64,000 nucleotides of DNA from Planctomycetota bacterium. GTDB taxonomy: Bacteria; Planctomycetota; Planctomycetia; Pirellulales; Lacipirellulaceae. This document shows, piece after piece, positions 1 to 9,650 of this stretch. The translations under genes were made by a program, and so were the position numbers. Location: contig JBCCXZ010000013.1 of assembly GCA_039190745.1 (NCBI GenBank), forward strand, positions 1 to 64,000, read 5' to 3'. The stretch's first letter is position 1; every line of letters begins with the position of its first letter. The notes under the pieces were generated by a model. It had not been told where the DNA came from and ran no database searches. It saw nothing but the letters and a program-made list of their open reading frames with translations.

Positions 1-1
1 C

Positions 2-343
2 GTTGAAGCCGACGCGACCCTCGCGCGGATGCACGATGCGTTATCGAAATTTCCAGAGATCGACACCGACACGGCCCGCTACGGTCTAACGGCTCGATTA
101 CTCGCCGACCCGACCGAGTACGTCGAAGCCTGTCGCAAGGTGCTTGTCGCAGAACGGCCCGACTTGAAGGTTGAGCCCGTGGTCACCCTGGGCCACCGGC
201 TCCGCGAGCACACCGAGTTGCTTGAGCGGCACGGCGTCGACCTGCTCGTGCTGAATACCAAAGACGACGACCAGCTCGCGATGCACGGCCTCGCCTACCC
301 ACTGGCGGTCGAGACCCGAGACACGCCGCTGTTGATGCTCTGA
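2..343 (+). CDS. 5'-truncated protein, universal-stress-protein-like C-terminus
   Basis: Frame is open from the window edge. C-terminal 'HGVDLLVLNTKD...LAVETRDTPLLML' resembles the USP-fold end (DLLV...PLL). Sits directly upstream of an ion transporter. Confidence 0.5.
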   Translation, partial: VEADATLARMHDALSKFPEIDTDTARYGLTARLLADPTEYVEACRKVLVAERPDLKVEPVVTLGHRLREHTELLERHGVDLLVLNTKDDDQLAMHGLAYPLAVETRDTPLLML

Positions 344-393
344 CGCTCAACTCCCTGACGCTCAGTCCTCGGACGATTAGCTTTCAGACGATT

Positions 394-1884
394 ATGCCCA
401 TGACGCAGCCCGCTTTCCTGCTCGCCGAGCAAACCCACACGCCTGGCGTGCAAGCGCTGTTCGCCTTGCTGCTGGTCGGGCTGGTTACTTGCCTGGCCCT
501 GGAAGAGAAGCTCCACGCCAAAAAGTCTGTGATCGTCGGCGTTTTCTCTGTGGTTTGCCTGCTGCTGGGGGCGGCGTTCCACCTGCTGCCCACGGAGAAC
601 ATCGTCGTCGGCAGTCACCTGATCGAGCCGGAAGAAGTTGGCGCTGAACTGGACGCGCGTTCCGCGGAGGAAATCGAAGCGGCTTTCGACGAAGAGCTGC
701 ACGAAGGCGGGCACGAAGTCAGCATGCCGGTCTATATCCCCGGCATCGACTGGAGCGTGATTGTCATCCTGCTGGGATCCAGCGTGTTCGTGGACGTCAT
801 CTCGCGCTCGGGGTTGTTCAAGTGGGTCGCGATCCGGGTCACGAAACTCTCCCGTGGCGACCCCGTCATGCTACTCGCCTACTACGGCGTCATGACCGTC
901 GTATTCTCTGCCGTGCTGAACAACGTGACCGCGATGATCATCATCGGCTCGCTCACGGCGGTTTCGCTCGACAAGCTCGGCCGCAACGACAAGCTGCTTG
1001 CGTTCCTGCTCACCGAAGGGCTGCTGACGAACATCGGCGGGCTGCTCACGCTCATCAGCAGCGTGCCGAACATCCTCGTCGGCACCGCCGCGGGTATCAG
1101 CTTCGTCGAATTCTTGGTGTACAGCCTGCCCTACGTCGTGGTTGCCACGGGGCTGACCATCTGGCTCGCGGCCCGCTCGTTCGGCATCCGTCGCCTGCAG
1201 AGTGAGACGGAGAAGCTCGCGGCATCAGAGATGGTCGACAGCTTCGACGAGAACGACGGCATCACTAGCTGGGCCTTCTTCTGGTTCGGGGCCGTCATCA
1301 CGGGGCTGTTCATTGTGACGGTCGCCACCACCAGCGTCCTGCCGTGGGTCAGCGACCTGGGCATGGGGTTTGTGGCGGTTGCGTTCGCGGTGGTCTCCCT
1401 GATCCGATACAAGGCGGAGGCCGACCGCATCTACCGGGTCGTCGACTGGGACCTGCTGGGCTTCTTCGCCGGCTTGTTCGTGGTGATCTACGTGATGGAG
1501 ATGGCAGGGGTGCTCGACGCCATAGGCGGGGTGCTCGCGATGCTCGTGGAGCTCGGCCCGCGCTTTGGCGGCGTCGCGTTGTTGTTCGCGTCAGCCGCGT
1601 TCAGCAGCGTGACCGACAACATCCCGCTCGCGGCGATGCTCGCCAAGATCCTGACCGCACTAGGCGTGGAGGGCGACTCGCCGCTCTGGTGGTCCGTGAT
1701 TCTCGGGGCCAACCTGGGCGGCAACATCACGCCGATCGGCTCGGCGTCGACGCTGGTCGCGGTGACGCTGATGCACAAGCACGAGGCGCCGATCAGCTTC
1801 GCGGGCTTCGTCCGAGTGGCCTGGCCGTTCGCCTTGCTGCACCTGGTGCTGGCCGCCGGCTACTTGCTGCTGCGGGCGGGCTAG
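394..1884 (+). CDS. ArsB/NhaD/SLC13 (IT superfamily) ion transporter
   Basis: 496 aa, many hydrophobic segments, motifs 'SAVLNNVT', 'SSVTDNIP', 'GANLGGNITPIGS'. Confidence 0.85.
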   Translation: MPMTQPAFLLAEQTHTPGVQALFALLLVGLVTCLALEEKLHAKKSVIVGVFSVVCLLLGAAFHLLPTENIVVGSHLIEPEEVGAELDARSAEEIEAAFDEELHEGGHEVSMPVYIPGIDWSVIVILLGSSVFVDVISRSGLFKWVAIRVTKLSRGDPVMLLAYYGVMTVVFSAVLNNVTAMIIIGSLTAVSLDKLGRNDKLLAFLLTEGLLTNIGGLLTLISSVPNILVGTAAGISFVEFLVYSLPYVVVATGLTIWLAARSFGIRRLQSETEKLAASEMVDSFDENDGITSWAFFWFGAVITGLFIVTVATTSVLPWVSDLGMGFVAVAFAVVSLIRYKAEADRIYRVVDWDLLGFFAGLFVVIYVMEMAGVLDAIGGVLAMLVELGPRFGGVALLFASAAFSSVTDNIPLAAMLAKILTALGVEGDSPLWWSVILGANLGGNITPIGSASTLVAVTLMHKHEAPISFAGFVRVAWPFALLHLVLAAGYLLLRAG

Positions 1885-2783
1885 ATCCCCGAGAGCACGT
1901 TGGCGCCCTCGAGCGTCTCTGCCACGCGCTCGGCGATCGCTTCTTGCTGCTCTTCGCCAAAACCCACTGAGCGGCGCACCGCATCGGGGATCGCCGGGGA
2001 CGTATCCATCCCGAGCGAGGTCACACCGTTGACGGAGGCCAAGTGATTGGCGATCTGTACGATCTCCAGCAGCTGAGAATCGTTGCCCTCGAAGAGCTCC
2101 GGCGCGTGGTGAAACTCCACCGCCGCAACGATCCGCTCGGGGAAGTTGCTCGTCCGCGCGACGTAGGCGCCGAGGTCGGTGTGGTCGAACGTCAGCACCG
2201 ACTGCTCAGCTTCTGAGAGTGAGGAGCCTTCATTGATCATGTCGATGACGATGCACAATTGGGGGTGCATATACTGGTCGATGAGGACGAGCCCGATGTC
2301 ATGGAGCAAGCCCGCCATGTAGGCCTCTTCCGGCTTGCCGCAGCCGCACTCCTTCGACACCATGCGGGCGATCTCACCGACGGCCACCATGTGCTTCCAA
2401 AGGCCTTCACGGGAGAAGCTGCCGTAGGAAGAGGACTCCTCGCAAAGCCGCGCCACGCAGACCGTCAGCGCCAGGTTCCGCACTTCGACGAAGCCAAGCA
2501 TCGAGACGGCGGTTTGGAGGTCGCCCACTTCCTGGGGTAGCCCAAAGAAGGACGAGTTTACCGTCCGCATGATCCGCACCGCGAGGGTTGGGTCTTGCTC
2601 CACAACCTTCAGCAGGTCTTCCGCGGTCGAGTCTTCGTTGTCCGCTACTTCGATGATGCGCTGCGCAACGCCCGGCAGAGACGAGAGCTGACCGATCCGA
2701 CGGAACAGCTTCTCCAGCGCAGCCGTGTGGGCGTCCGACATGGCCCGACTCCGGGCGCCGGCTCCTAGTGTCGTGGTGCTCAC
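1881..2783 (-). CDS. HDOD domain signalling protein
   Basis: 'LSSLPGVAQRI', 'QDPTLAVRIMRTVNS', 'AGLLHDIG', 'DHTDLGAY...FPERIVAAVEFHH'. Confidence 0.9.
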   Translation of the reverse strand: MSTTTLGAGARSRAMSDAHTAALEKLFRRIGQLSSLPGVAQRIIEVADNEDSTAEDLLKVVEQDPTLAVRIMRTVNSSFFGLPQEVGDLQTAVSMLGFVEVRNLALTVCVARLCEESSSYGSFSREGLWKHMVAVGEIARMVSKECGCGKPEEAYMAGLLHDIGLVLIDQYMHPQLCIVIDMINEGSSLSEAEQSVLTFDHTDLGAYVARTSNFPERIVAAVEFHHAPELFEGNDSQLLEIVQIANHLASVNGVTSLGMDTSPAIPDAVRRSVGFGEEQQEAIAERVAETLEGANVLSGI

Positions 2784-3127
2784 CGCTACGTCCTCGCTTG
2801 CTCGCGTTTCGCTCTTTTGTGGCTTCTCAATGGTGTCCCCGCTGCAAACGGGTAATCAGTGAAGTGTAGGACCCAAACACGCGCACCACCCACTCGGCAA
2901 CTGGCATTTGCGGGATGCGTGGAACGTGCCTAACCGGGCCATGCCGCAAAGTCAGAGTTTTTGGGCTTTGGGCGGCGGGGGCTTGCCGCATGGTTTGACC
3001 CCGGACGAAGCGGATTGGGCGGGGCCGCAACCTATAGTTTCCGAGCGGCAGTTTGCGATCGCCCCGGCCCCGTCGCCTAGCAAGCTGCCTTTCCCGAAAG
3101 ACAAAGCGGCGCTTCAGGAGAGCCCCA

Positions 3128-4615
3128 ATGAGTGCCAGCCAGCCATCCACAGCCGCCGACGAAGGCGGGGCAGACATCCAATCGGTCCTCGACCGAATCC
3201 AGGAGCTCACACGCACCGAGCCGGACCAGCGTCAGGCGGCGCCTGCTGAGCCGCCCCAGGTCGTCGAGCGCGAGCCCGCGCCGCTTCCTTCGGTTGCCTC
3301 GACGGAGGAAGCCCCGTCTGACGCACCACAACCCGTGGAGACGCGTGCTCCGGACGGGTCGTGGGTCCCTGTCGAGCCGTGCACGCTCGAAGACGCCGGA
3401 GTCACCGAGACCCAGCTGGAACACCTTGTACTTAAGGCGCTCAACGCAAAAGGAGAACTCTCCGGACGCGGCCTGTCCGAGCAGCACACCCTGCCCTTCC
3501 GGCTCGTGAACCCCGTGCTGCAGGCGATGAAGCTTGCGCAGCTGGTGGCGTTCCGCGGGGCGGCTCCGATGAACGACTACGTTTATCAACTCACCGAGCT
3601 CGGCCGGGAACACGCCAAGAAGCTCTCAGAAAACTGCAGCTATTTCGGCTCTGCCCCCGTCACATTGGAAAGCTACATCGCCAGCGTCTCCGAGCAGACG
3701 CTCACGAAGACCCACCCCACACAGTCCGACTTGAAGCGGGCTTTCGGCGACCTGTTGATCAACCAAGCGATGTTTAAGCGGCTCGGCCCTGCGGTCAACT
3801 CAGGCCGCGGGTTGTTCCTCTTCGGCCAGCCCGGCAACGGCAAGACGAGCATCGCAGAGCGGATCACCAAAGCGTTCGGCGACAGCGTCTGGATCCCGCG
3901 GGCGATCGGCATCGACGGCGAAATCATGCGTGTCTTCGACCCCGGGCTGCACGAAGAAGACCCGCTCGAGCTGAACAGCGGACCGTTGAAAGAGCTCTCG
4001 ATCGACCACCGTTGGATCCGTATCAAGCGGCCGACAATCGTAGTGGGCGGCGAGCTGACGATGGATTCTCTCGAGGTGACCCCGGGTGCGGGCAAGAACC
4101 TCAGCGAAGCCCCCCTACAGATGAAGAGCAACACCGGCACGCTGGTGATCGACGACTTCGGCCGCCAACGCATGACCACCGACGAGCTGTTGAACCGGTG
4201 GATTGTCCCGCTCGAAAAGCGGTACGACTTCTTGCAGCTCACCAGCGGCAAGAAAATCCAGGTGCCGTTCGACCAGTTGATCGTGTTCTCAACCAACCTC
4301 GAGCCGAAAGACCTCGTCGACGACGCCTTCCTCCGTCGGATCCCCTACAAGATCGAGGTGCTCGACCCCTCGGAGGACGAGTTCCGGAAGCTGTTCGAGA
4401 TTATGGCGCCGATCGTCGGCGTGGAGTACGAGGCCGGCGCGGTCGATTACCTCATCGACAAGCACTACCGCCCTGTGCAGCGGCCCTTCCGCTGCTGCCA
4501 GCCGCGCGACCTGCTGCTCCAGATCCGCAACTACTGCGCTTACATCGAGGCCGAGCCCAAGATGTCCACGGAGTACTTCGACTACGCGGTCGATAACTAC
4601 TTCGCGGTGATGTAA
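3128..4615 (+). CDS. AAA+ family P-loop ATPase with Pro/acidic N-terminal extension
   Basis: Walker A 'GQPGNGKT', Walker B 'LVIDD', sensor 'FSTN', 'AFLRRIPYK'. ATG at 3128 preferred over TTG at 3053. Confidence 0.8.
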   Translation: MSASQPSTAADEGGADIQSVLDRIQELTRTEPDQRQAAPAEPPQVVEREPAPLPSVASTEEAPSDAPQPVETRAPDGSWVPVEPCTLEDAGVTETQLEHLVLKALNAKGELSGRGLSEQHTLPFRLVNPVLQAMKLAQLVAFRGAAPMNDYVYQLTELGREHAKKLSENCSYFGSAPVTLESYIASVSEQTLTKTHPTQSDLKRAFGDLLINQAMFKRLGPAVNSGRGLFLFGQPGNGKTSIAERITKAFGDSVWIPRAIGIDGEIMRVFDPGLHEEDPLELNSGPLKELSIDHRWIRIKRPTIVVGGELTMDSLEVTPGAGKNLSEAPLQMKSNTGTLVIDDFGRQRMTTDELLNRWIVPLEKRYDFLQLTSGKKIQVPFDQLIVFSTNLEPKDLVDDAFLRRIPYKIEVLDPSEDEFRKLFEIMAPIVGVEYEAGAVDYLIDKHYRPVQRPFRCCQPRDLLLQIRNYCAYIEAEPKMSTEYFDYAVDNYFAVM

Positions 4616-4634
4616 CGGCGGGCGGCTTGACGCC

Positions 4635-5210
4635 TCAACCGTGCGAGCGTTCCAACCCGAAGTCGAGCGACATCTGCGGGTCGTTCTCAGACTCGGGGTC
4701 GAGCTCTTTGAATAGCAGGCTGGGCTGGATGTCGGTATTGCCCTGGTACTTGCTGCAGTACTCTTCGACCTGCCCGGTCACCTCGTGGTAGAAGATCTGG
4801 CAGATCGACACGCCGGCGTAAATCCGCACGGGCTGCACCGCGAACATCTCGAGTGTCCAGAAGCCCTCGAACCCCGCGTCTCCGAAGCCCGCGGTGACGT
4901 GAACGAACAGGCCGAGCCGGCCGACCGAAGAGCGGCCCTCGATCTGCGGCACGAGGTTCCGCGTGACCGTCCGCTCGACCGTCCGGCCCAGGTAGACCTG
5001 GTTGGGGCTGAGCACGAAGCCCTCCTCGGGGATGGTGATGCGCCGCACACGGTTGGCCTTGGCCATGTCGAGCACCACCTCTTCGTACACCATCAACTCG
5101 TCGTGCAGCGTGAGGTTGTAGCTGTTGGGGTTCAGCCGCTCGGGGTCGTACGGCGTGATGCCGATGTCCTCGCCGAGCCGGTTGGCGATCTCCCTGCCGG
5201 ACAGGATCAT
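4635..5210 (-). CDS. dcd: dCTP deaminase
   Basis: 'MILSGREI', 'NPNSYNLTL', 'EGRSSVGRLGL', 'AGFGDAGFEGFWTLE', 'KYQG'. Confidence 0.92.
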   Translation of the reverse strand: MILSGREIANRLGEDIGITPYDPERLNPNSYNLTLHDELMVYEEVVLDMAKANRVRRITIPEEGFVLSPNQVYLGRTVERTVTRNLVPQIEGRSSVGRLGLFVHVTAGFGDAGFEGFWTLEMFAVQPVRIYAGVSICQIFYHEVTGQVEEYCSKYQGNTDIQPSLLFKELDPESENDPQMSLDFGLERSHG

Positions 5211-5291
5211 GGGGGGTACCTAGCGGTCACGCGGTGCGGTCGGGCGTCCGTCTCTCTCGGACCGTACTTTTAGCTCGGCGGAACGCCGGAC

Positions 5292-5990
5292 TCAAGCGGC
5301 TACGCCCTCTCTTGGGCAGAAGCGCTTCATGGAGCAGGCTTCGCAATCCGGCTTGCGGGCTGCGCAAACGGCGCGGCCGTGAAAAATCATCCGGTGAGAG
5401 AAGGAGATCCACTCCTTCTCGGGCAGGGCCTCCATGAGGTCTCGCTCAACTTTCACGGGGTCGTTCTCAGCGGTGATCCCCAGTCGACGGCTGAGGCGGC
5501 CAACGTGGGTGTCGACCACCACCCCGCTGGGCACGCCGAACGCCGTCCCCAGCACCACGTTGGCCGTTTTGCGGCCCACGCCCGCGAGCTGGACCAGTTC
5601 GTCGAGTTCTTTCGGCACCTTGCCGCCGTGCTTCTCAACCAGATCGGTCGCGCACGATTTGATGTTCTTGGCCTTGTTGCGGAAGAACCCGGTGCTCTTT
5701 ATCAGTTTTTCGATGGTCTGCAGCGGCGCCGCGGCAAACGCTGCTGGAGATCTGAGCTTCTTGAAAAGCTCGCGGGTGACCAGGTTCACCCGTTCGTCGG
5801 TACACTGGGCCGAGAGAATCGTCGCCACCAGCAGCTCGAACGCGTTGCGGTGGTCCAGCGCACAATCCGCGTCGGGGTAATCCGCCTTCAGCCGCCGGAG
5901 TACTTGTGAAGCCCGCCGCTTCCGGGCTGCCGCCGAGGGTCTCAGCCCAGGCTTTGCGGCTGCCCTTTTATCTGGAGTCTTCTTACCCAT
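5292..5990 (-). CDS. nth: Endonuclease III
   Basis: 'LLVATILSAQCTD', HhH 'LAGVGRKTANVV', 'VDTHV', [4Fe-4S] motif 'C-x6-C-x2-C-x5-C'. Confidence 0.95.
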   Translation of the reverse strand: MGKKTPDKRAAAKPGLRPSAAARKRRASQVLRRLKADYPDADCALDHRNAFELLVATILSAQCTDERVNLVTRELFKKLRSPAAFAAAPLQTIEKLIKSTGFFRNKAKNIKSCATDLVEKHGGKVPKELDELVQLAGVGRKTANVVLGTAFGVPSGVVVDTHVGRLSRRLGITAENDPVKVERDLMEALPEKEWISFSHRMIFHGRAVCAARKPDCEACSMKRFCPREGVAA

Positions 5991-6056
5991 TGCACCAGAG
6001 GATAGGCACCAAGCCCTTGGTTACGATCGACTGGCATTCTCGGGTACGCGGCCAAG

Positions 6057-6084
6057 GTGTCAACCGCGGCGTGTCAACCGCGGC
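6057..6084. repeat. Perfect 14-bp tandem duplication (gtgtcaaccgcggc x2) in the divergent nth/DUF309 intergenic region
   Basis: 6057-6070 and 6071-6084 are identical. Each unit contains TTGACA on the minus strand. Confidence 0.85.
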
Positions 6085-6223
6085 AAGTATCGCGCAAGCC
6101 CCTGATGACGCCTAGCGGCCGCTCGACCAATACTCTGTTTCTGGTCGGCGATTGTGCTCGTGGGTACAATCGCGAATGCTGGTCATACCCCACTCCCACC
6201 CTAAGCCGACGCGGCCGATTGCT

Positions 6224-6646
6224 ATGTCCGACGAAGCCGCTGACGGCCAAGCCACAGACTACGAGCCGCTCTACCTGCAGGGCATCGAGTACTTCAACGA
6301 GTGTGAGTTCTTCGAGGCCCACGAGACTTGGGAAGAACTCTGGACCGAGTACCGTGGCGAGTACCGTCGTTACTATCAGGGCCTGATCCAGGCGGCCGTG
6401 GCCTTGCACCACTTCGGCAACGGCAATATCCGCGGCGCACGCAAGGTGTACCTCACCAGCCGCACGTATTTGGACGACTACCAGCCGAAGTGCCAGGGCC
6501 TCGACCTGACGGCTTTCCTAGATCAGTATGAACTGTGCTTCGCGGAGATCCTGTCGAGCGAAGACGAACGCCCGCGGGTAGAGATCGAGCCGGACTCAAT
6601 CCCCGAGATCCACCTCGACGGCGCCGCCTCGCAAGCAGGCGAGTAG
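6224..6646 (+). CDS. DUF309 family protein
   Basis: 'GIEYFNECEFFEAHETWEELW...YQGLIQAAVALHH...GN' signature. ATG at 6224. Confidence 0.85.
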   Translation: MSDEAADGQATDYEPLYLQGIEYFNECEFFEAHETWEELWTEYRGEYRRYYQGLIQAAVALHHFGNGNIRGARKVYLTSRTYLDDYQPKCQGLDLTAFLDQYELCFAEILSSEDERPRVEIEPDSIPEIHLDGAASQAGE

Positions 6647-6689
6647 CCCAGCCCGCACGCCCCAAAGATTCGAGCACCGAGAGCAACGC

Positions 6690-7391
6690 ATGCTGCCCTG
6701 GACCTCCGAAGACCTGACGCTCGACGAAGACCGTTTCTCCGGCCGCGTGCGTATGTTCCCCCTCCCAGATTTGGTGATGTTCCCGCACGTGATGCAGAAG
6801 CTGCATATCTTCGAGGAACGGTACCAGGAGATGCTGCACGACGCGCTCGACAGCGACGGGCTGATCGCGATGTGCGTGCTCGCGCCGGGCTGGGAGCCCG
6901 ACTACGCCGGCCGGCCCGCGGTGCTGCCTTACGCCTGCCTCGGTAGAGTCGTCGCCCACGAAAAAGCGGCCGAGGGCAGGTACAACATCCTGCAGCTTGG
7001 CCTGCGGCGCGTGCGTATCCACAGGGAACTCGACGCGGTGCGCTCTTTCCGACAAGCCGAGGTCGAGTTGATCGAAGACGTCCGTTACCGTGACGCTGAC
7101 GAGGAGCGCCCTTCCGTGCAGACCGCCCTGACTCAGCTCTTTCAGAAAAACCTGCCCGGGGGCGGCAACGCGGAGTCTGTCCGTGAGCTGTTGGCCTCAG
7201 ACATCCCGCTCGGCGTCTTGACCGACCTCATTAGCTTTTCGATGCCTCTGAGTTTCGACGTTAAAGCACAGCTGCTCGCCGAAGCGATCGTGGACCGCCG
7301 GGCGGAAATTCTGATCGACGAACTTCGCTCATTCAATGCAGCCGCAATCGACGACGGCTCTAGCGATTCCTCCCCCTTCAGCGTTAACTGA
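6690..7391 (+). CDS. LON peptidase substrate-binding (N-terminal) domain protein
   Basis: 'MFPLPDLVMFPHVMQKLHIFEERYQEM', 'GRYNI...GLRRVRI'. No ATPase or protease domain. Confidence 0.88.
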   Translation: MLPWTSEDLTLDEDRFSGRVRMFPLPDLVMFPHVMQKLHIFEERYQEMLHDALDSDGLIAMCVLAPGWEPDYAGRPAVLPYACLGRVVAHEKAAEGRYNILQLGLRRVRIHRELDAVRSFRQAEVELIEDVRYRDADEERPSVQTALTQLFQKNLPGGGNAESVRELLASDIPLGVLTDLISFSMPLSFDVKAQLLAEAIVDRRAEILIDELRSFNAAAIDDGSSDSSPFSVN

Positions 7392-7509
7392 ACCACCAGC
7401 CATTCGGGAAGCCGTGACTCGGGCGACTCAGCGCCGGGGCCGTTGCCTGTCGACCCGGATCGCCTTAGGATCGGTTGTCTCGGAAGCCTCTACAGGAGCG
7501 TTTTGAGCG

Positions 7510-8154
7510 ATGGTCTCCTCTCAGCCCCACCCTCACAGCGAAATGGTAGAGTCGGAGCCCTGCAGCAACTACCAGCCGAGCGACGGCCCCGTCGACCTGC
7601 CTCGGATCCAGCGGGCCGTCCGTGAAATCCTGATCGCCGTGGGCGAAGACCCCGACCGAGAAGGGTTGGAAGAAACCCCGGCCCGCGTGGCCCGGATGTA
7701 CGCCGAGCTTTTCAGCGGGCTCCAAACAGGCCCCTGCAAACACCTGCAGAAGTTCTTCACCGAGGAATACGACGAGATAGTCCTTGTGAAGGACATCTCG
7801 TTCCACAGCATGTGCGAGCACCACATGCTGCCCTTCTACGGCAAGGCGCACATCGGATATGTGCCTGACGGCAAGGTCGTCGGCCTGAGCAAGCTGGCCC
7901 GGGTTGTGGAAGAGGTCTCTCACCGGCCTCAGGTGCAGGAGCGGATGACCGAGCAGATCGCCAACCTGCTGCTAGAGGAACTGCAAGTGAAGGGCGTGGC
8001 CGTCGTGGTCGAAGCTTCTCACTCGCGCATGACTATCCGAGGCGTCCGCAAGCCCGACAGCATGTGCGTTACTTCTGCGATGAAGGGCCTGTTTCGCTCT
8101 AACCTCTCCAGCCGCTCTGAGGTGATGAACCTCATTTACGGCAACCGCCATTGA
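7510..8154 (+). CDS. folE: GTP cyclohydrolase I (one Zn-ligand Cys replaced by Arg)
   Basis: '[20 protein letters not shown]', '[10 protein letters not shown]', 'GLSKLARVV', 'PQVQERMT', '[12 protein letters not shown]'. Confidence 0.92.
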   Translation: MVSSQPHPHSEMVESEPCSNYQPSDGPVDLPRIQRAVREILIAVGEDPDREGLEETPARVARMYAELFSGLQTGPCKHLQKFFTEEYDEIVLVKDISFHSMCEHHMLPFYGKAHIGYVPDGKVVGLSKLARVVEEVSHRPQVQERMTEQIANLLLEELQVKGVAVVVEASHSRMTIRGVRKPDSMCVTSAMKGLFRSNLSSRSEVMNLIYGNRH

Positions 8155-8193
8155 CCTAGCCACATGGGCGGCGGTAGCACCGCACGCGCCTCA

Positions 8194-9048
8194 ATGCTGC
8201 TGCTTGTCGACTTCCTGATGCGGCTTTCGTTCGGTCTGTGCTTTGGCATGGCCATCACGCCACACAACAAGGTTACCAGCGGGTACTACCGGAACCATCT
8301 GTACGTGGTGCTCGGGCTAGCCGCCCTAGCAGCACTCTTGAGCAGAACCTCTGCTCCCAGTGCGTTCTGGTTTGCCGCGGTTGTGGCGCTAGGAAGCTAC
8401 GTCGGCTCGGTACTCTACCTGTACGAGCGGGTCGACCTCGGCCGCGGCGTGCTGGTTGCTTTGACCGCGGCCGCCTTGGGGGGCTCGCTTGCTACGACGT
8501 TCGACACTGAGAACGCGGAAGGCGGTACGAATACCGGATACGCATTCGAAAACCCGACCGCTGGAGAGACTCTCACTGCTAAGCAGGCCCAACAACTAGC
8601 CGGTCAGGCCCGCAGGGTCGGCGCTCAGGCGGGCACTATGGCGTTAGTCTCACGGACCACGTCCGGCTTGCTGCTCGGCGTAACTATGGCCGCGATGCTG
8701 CTCGGCCACTGGTACCTCAACACGCCAACGATGGAGCTGGCGCCGCTGCGGCGGCTGCTGCTCGGCATGACGGCGGCGGTCGCCCTCCACTCTCTTGTCT
8801 GTGTCCTCGGCCTGAGCGCTGAAGTCAACGGGCGGACGATGCTCTCTACTCAATGGATGCTGTTCGTCTCGCTCCGCTGGGCCTTTGGCTTGTTTGGGGT
8901 CGCCGTCCTGACATGGATGTCCTGGGAAACGTTGAAGGTGCCCAACACGCAGAGCGCCACCGGAATCCTCTATGTAGCGGTCATCGGCACGTTTGTGGGC
9001 GAGACCATGTCGATCCTGCTCTCCGCCGAATCGCTCTTCCCGCTATGA
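8194..9048 (+). CDS. Polytopic membrane protein of unknown function
   Basis: About 8 hydrophobic segments, 'AMLLGHWYL' and 'TQSATGILYV' motifs. Co-oriented with folE. Confidence 0.7.
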   Translation: MLLLVDFLMRLSFGLCFGMAITPHNKVTSGYYRNHLYVVLGLAALAALLSRTSAPSAFWFAAVVALGSYVGSVLYLYERVDLGRGVLVALTAAALGGSLATTFDTENAEGGTNTGYAFENPTAGETLTAKQAQQLAGQARRVGAQAGTMALVSRTTSGLLLGVTMAAMLLGHWYLNTPTMELAPLRRLLLGMTAAVALHSLVCVLGLSAEVNGRTMLSTQWMLFVSLRWAFGLFGVAVLTWMSWETLKVPNTQSATGILYVAVIGTFVGETMSILLSAESLFPL

Positions 9049-9113
9049 GCCAGCGCTTATAATGCCGGTTCGGCAACGTGCCCCTGCGAACGTCGCCCCT
9101 TCCGAAAGCCACG

Positions 9114-9590
9114 ATGAACATCACCTTCGCTTGCCCGCAGTGCGGCTCCGCCCAGCGGCAACACCTAGAGAACGACGCGAGCAGCCTGCCGTGCCCGGCG
9201 TGCGACCACACGATTGCCATCCCTGCCGGGGCGATCGAGGGTAACCAGGTCCGCCGTTGCCTCGTTTGTCCCAGCACCGACCTCTTCGTCCGGAAGGACT
9301 TCCCCCAACGCGTCGGCGTGGGCCTGGTCGTTATAGGCATCGTTGGCAGCTCCATCGCCTGGTACTACTCAAACCTGCTCTGGACCTTCGGCATCCTCTT
9401 CGCAACGGCGTTGATCGACGTGCTGCTATACGCCTTTGTCGGCAACGCACTGATGTGCTACCGCTGCGGGGCGATGTACCGCGGCGCCGACGAGATTGAC
9501 GTCCACGGCCAGTTCGACCTCGAGACGCACGAGAAGCACCGCCAGATCGAAGCCAGGTTGCGTTCCACTAAGCCAAGCGGAGCCGTCTGA
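9114..9590 (+). CDS. Zinc-ribbon membrane protein
   Basis: CPQC/CPAC, CLVC and CYRC pairs flank two TM helices. Confidence 0.7.
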   Translation: MNITFACPQCGSAQRQHLENDASSLPCPACDHTIAIPAGAIEGNQVRRCLVCPSTDLFVRKDFPQRVGVGLVVIGIVGSSIAWYYSNLLWTFGILFATALIDVLLYAFVGNALMCYRCGAMYRGADEIDVHGQFDLETHEKHRQIEARLRSTKPSGAV

Positions 9591-9650
9591 CTCCGCAGGC
9601 AGCAAACTCCTGCATGCTCTACCGCCCAAACAGCAAACGCCGACTGAAGC

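Noticed and set aside
340..364. Short direct repeat ctgacgctca x2
   Set aside because: Only 10 bp, with no further copies or supporting context.
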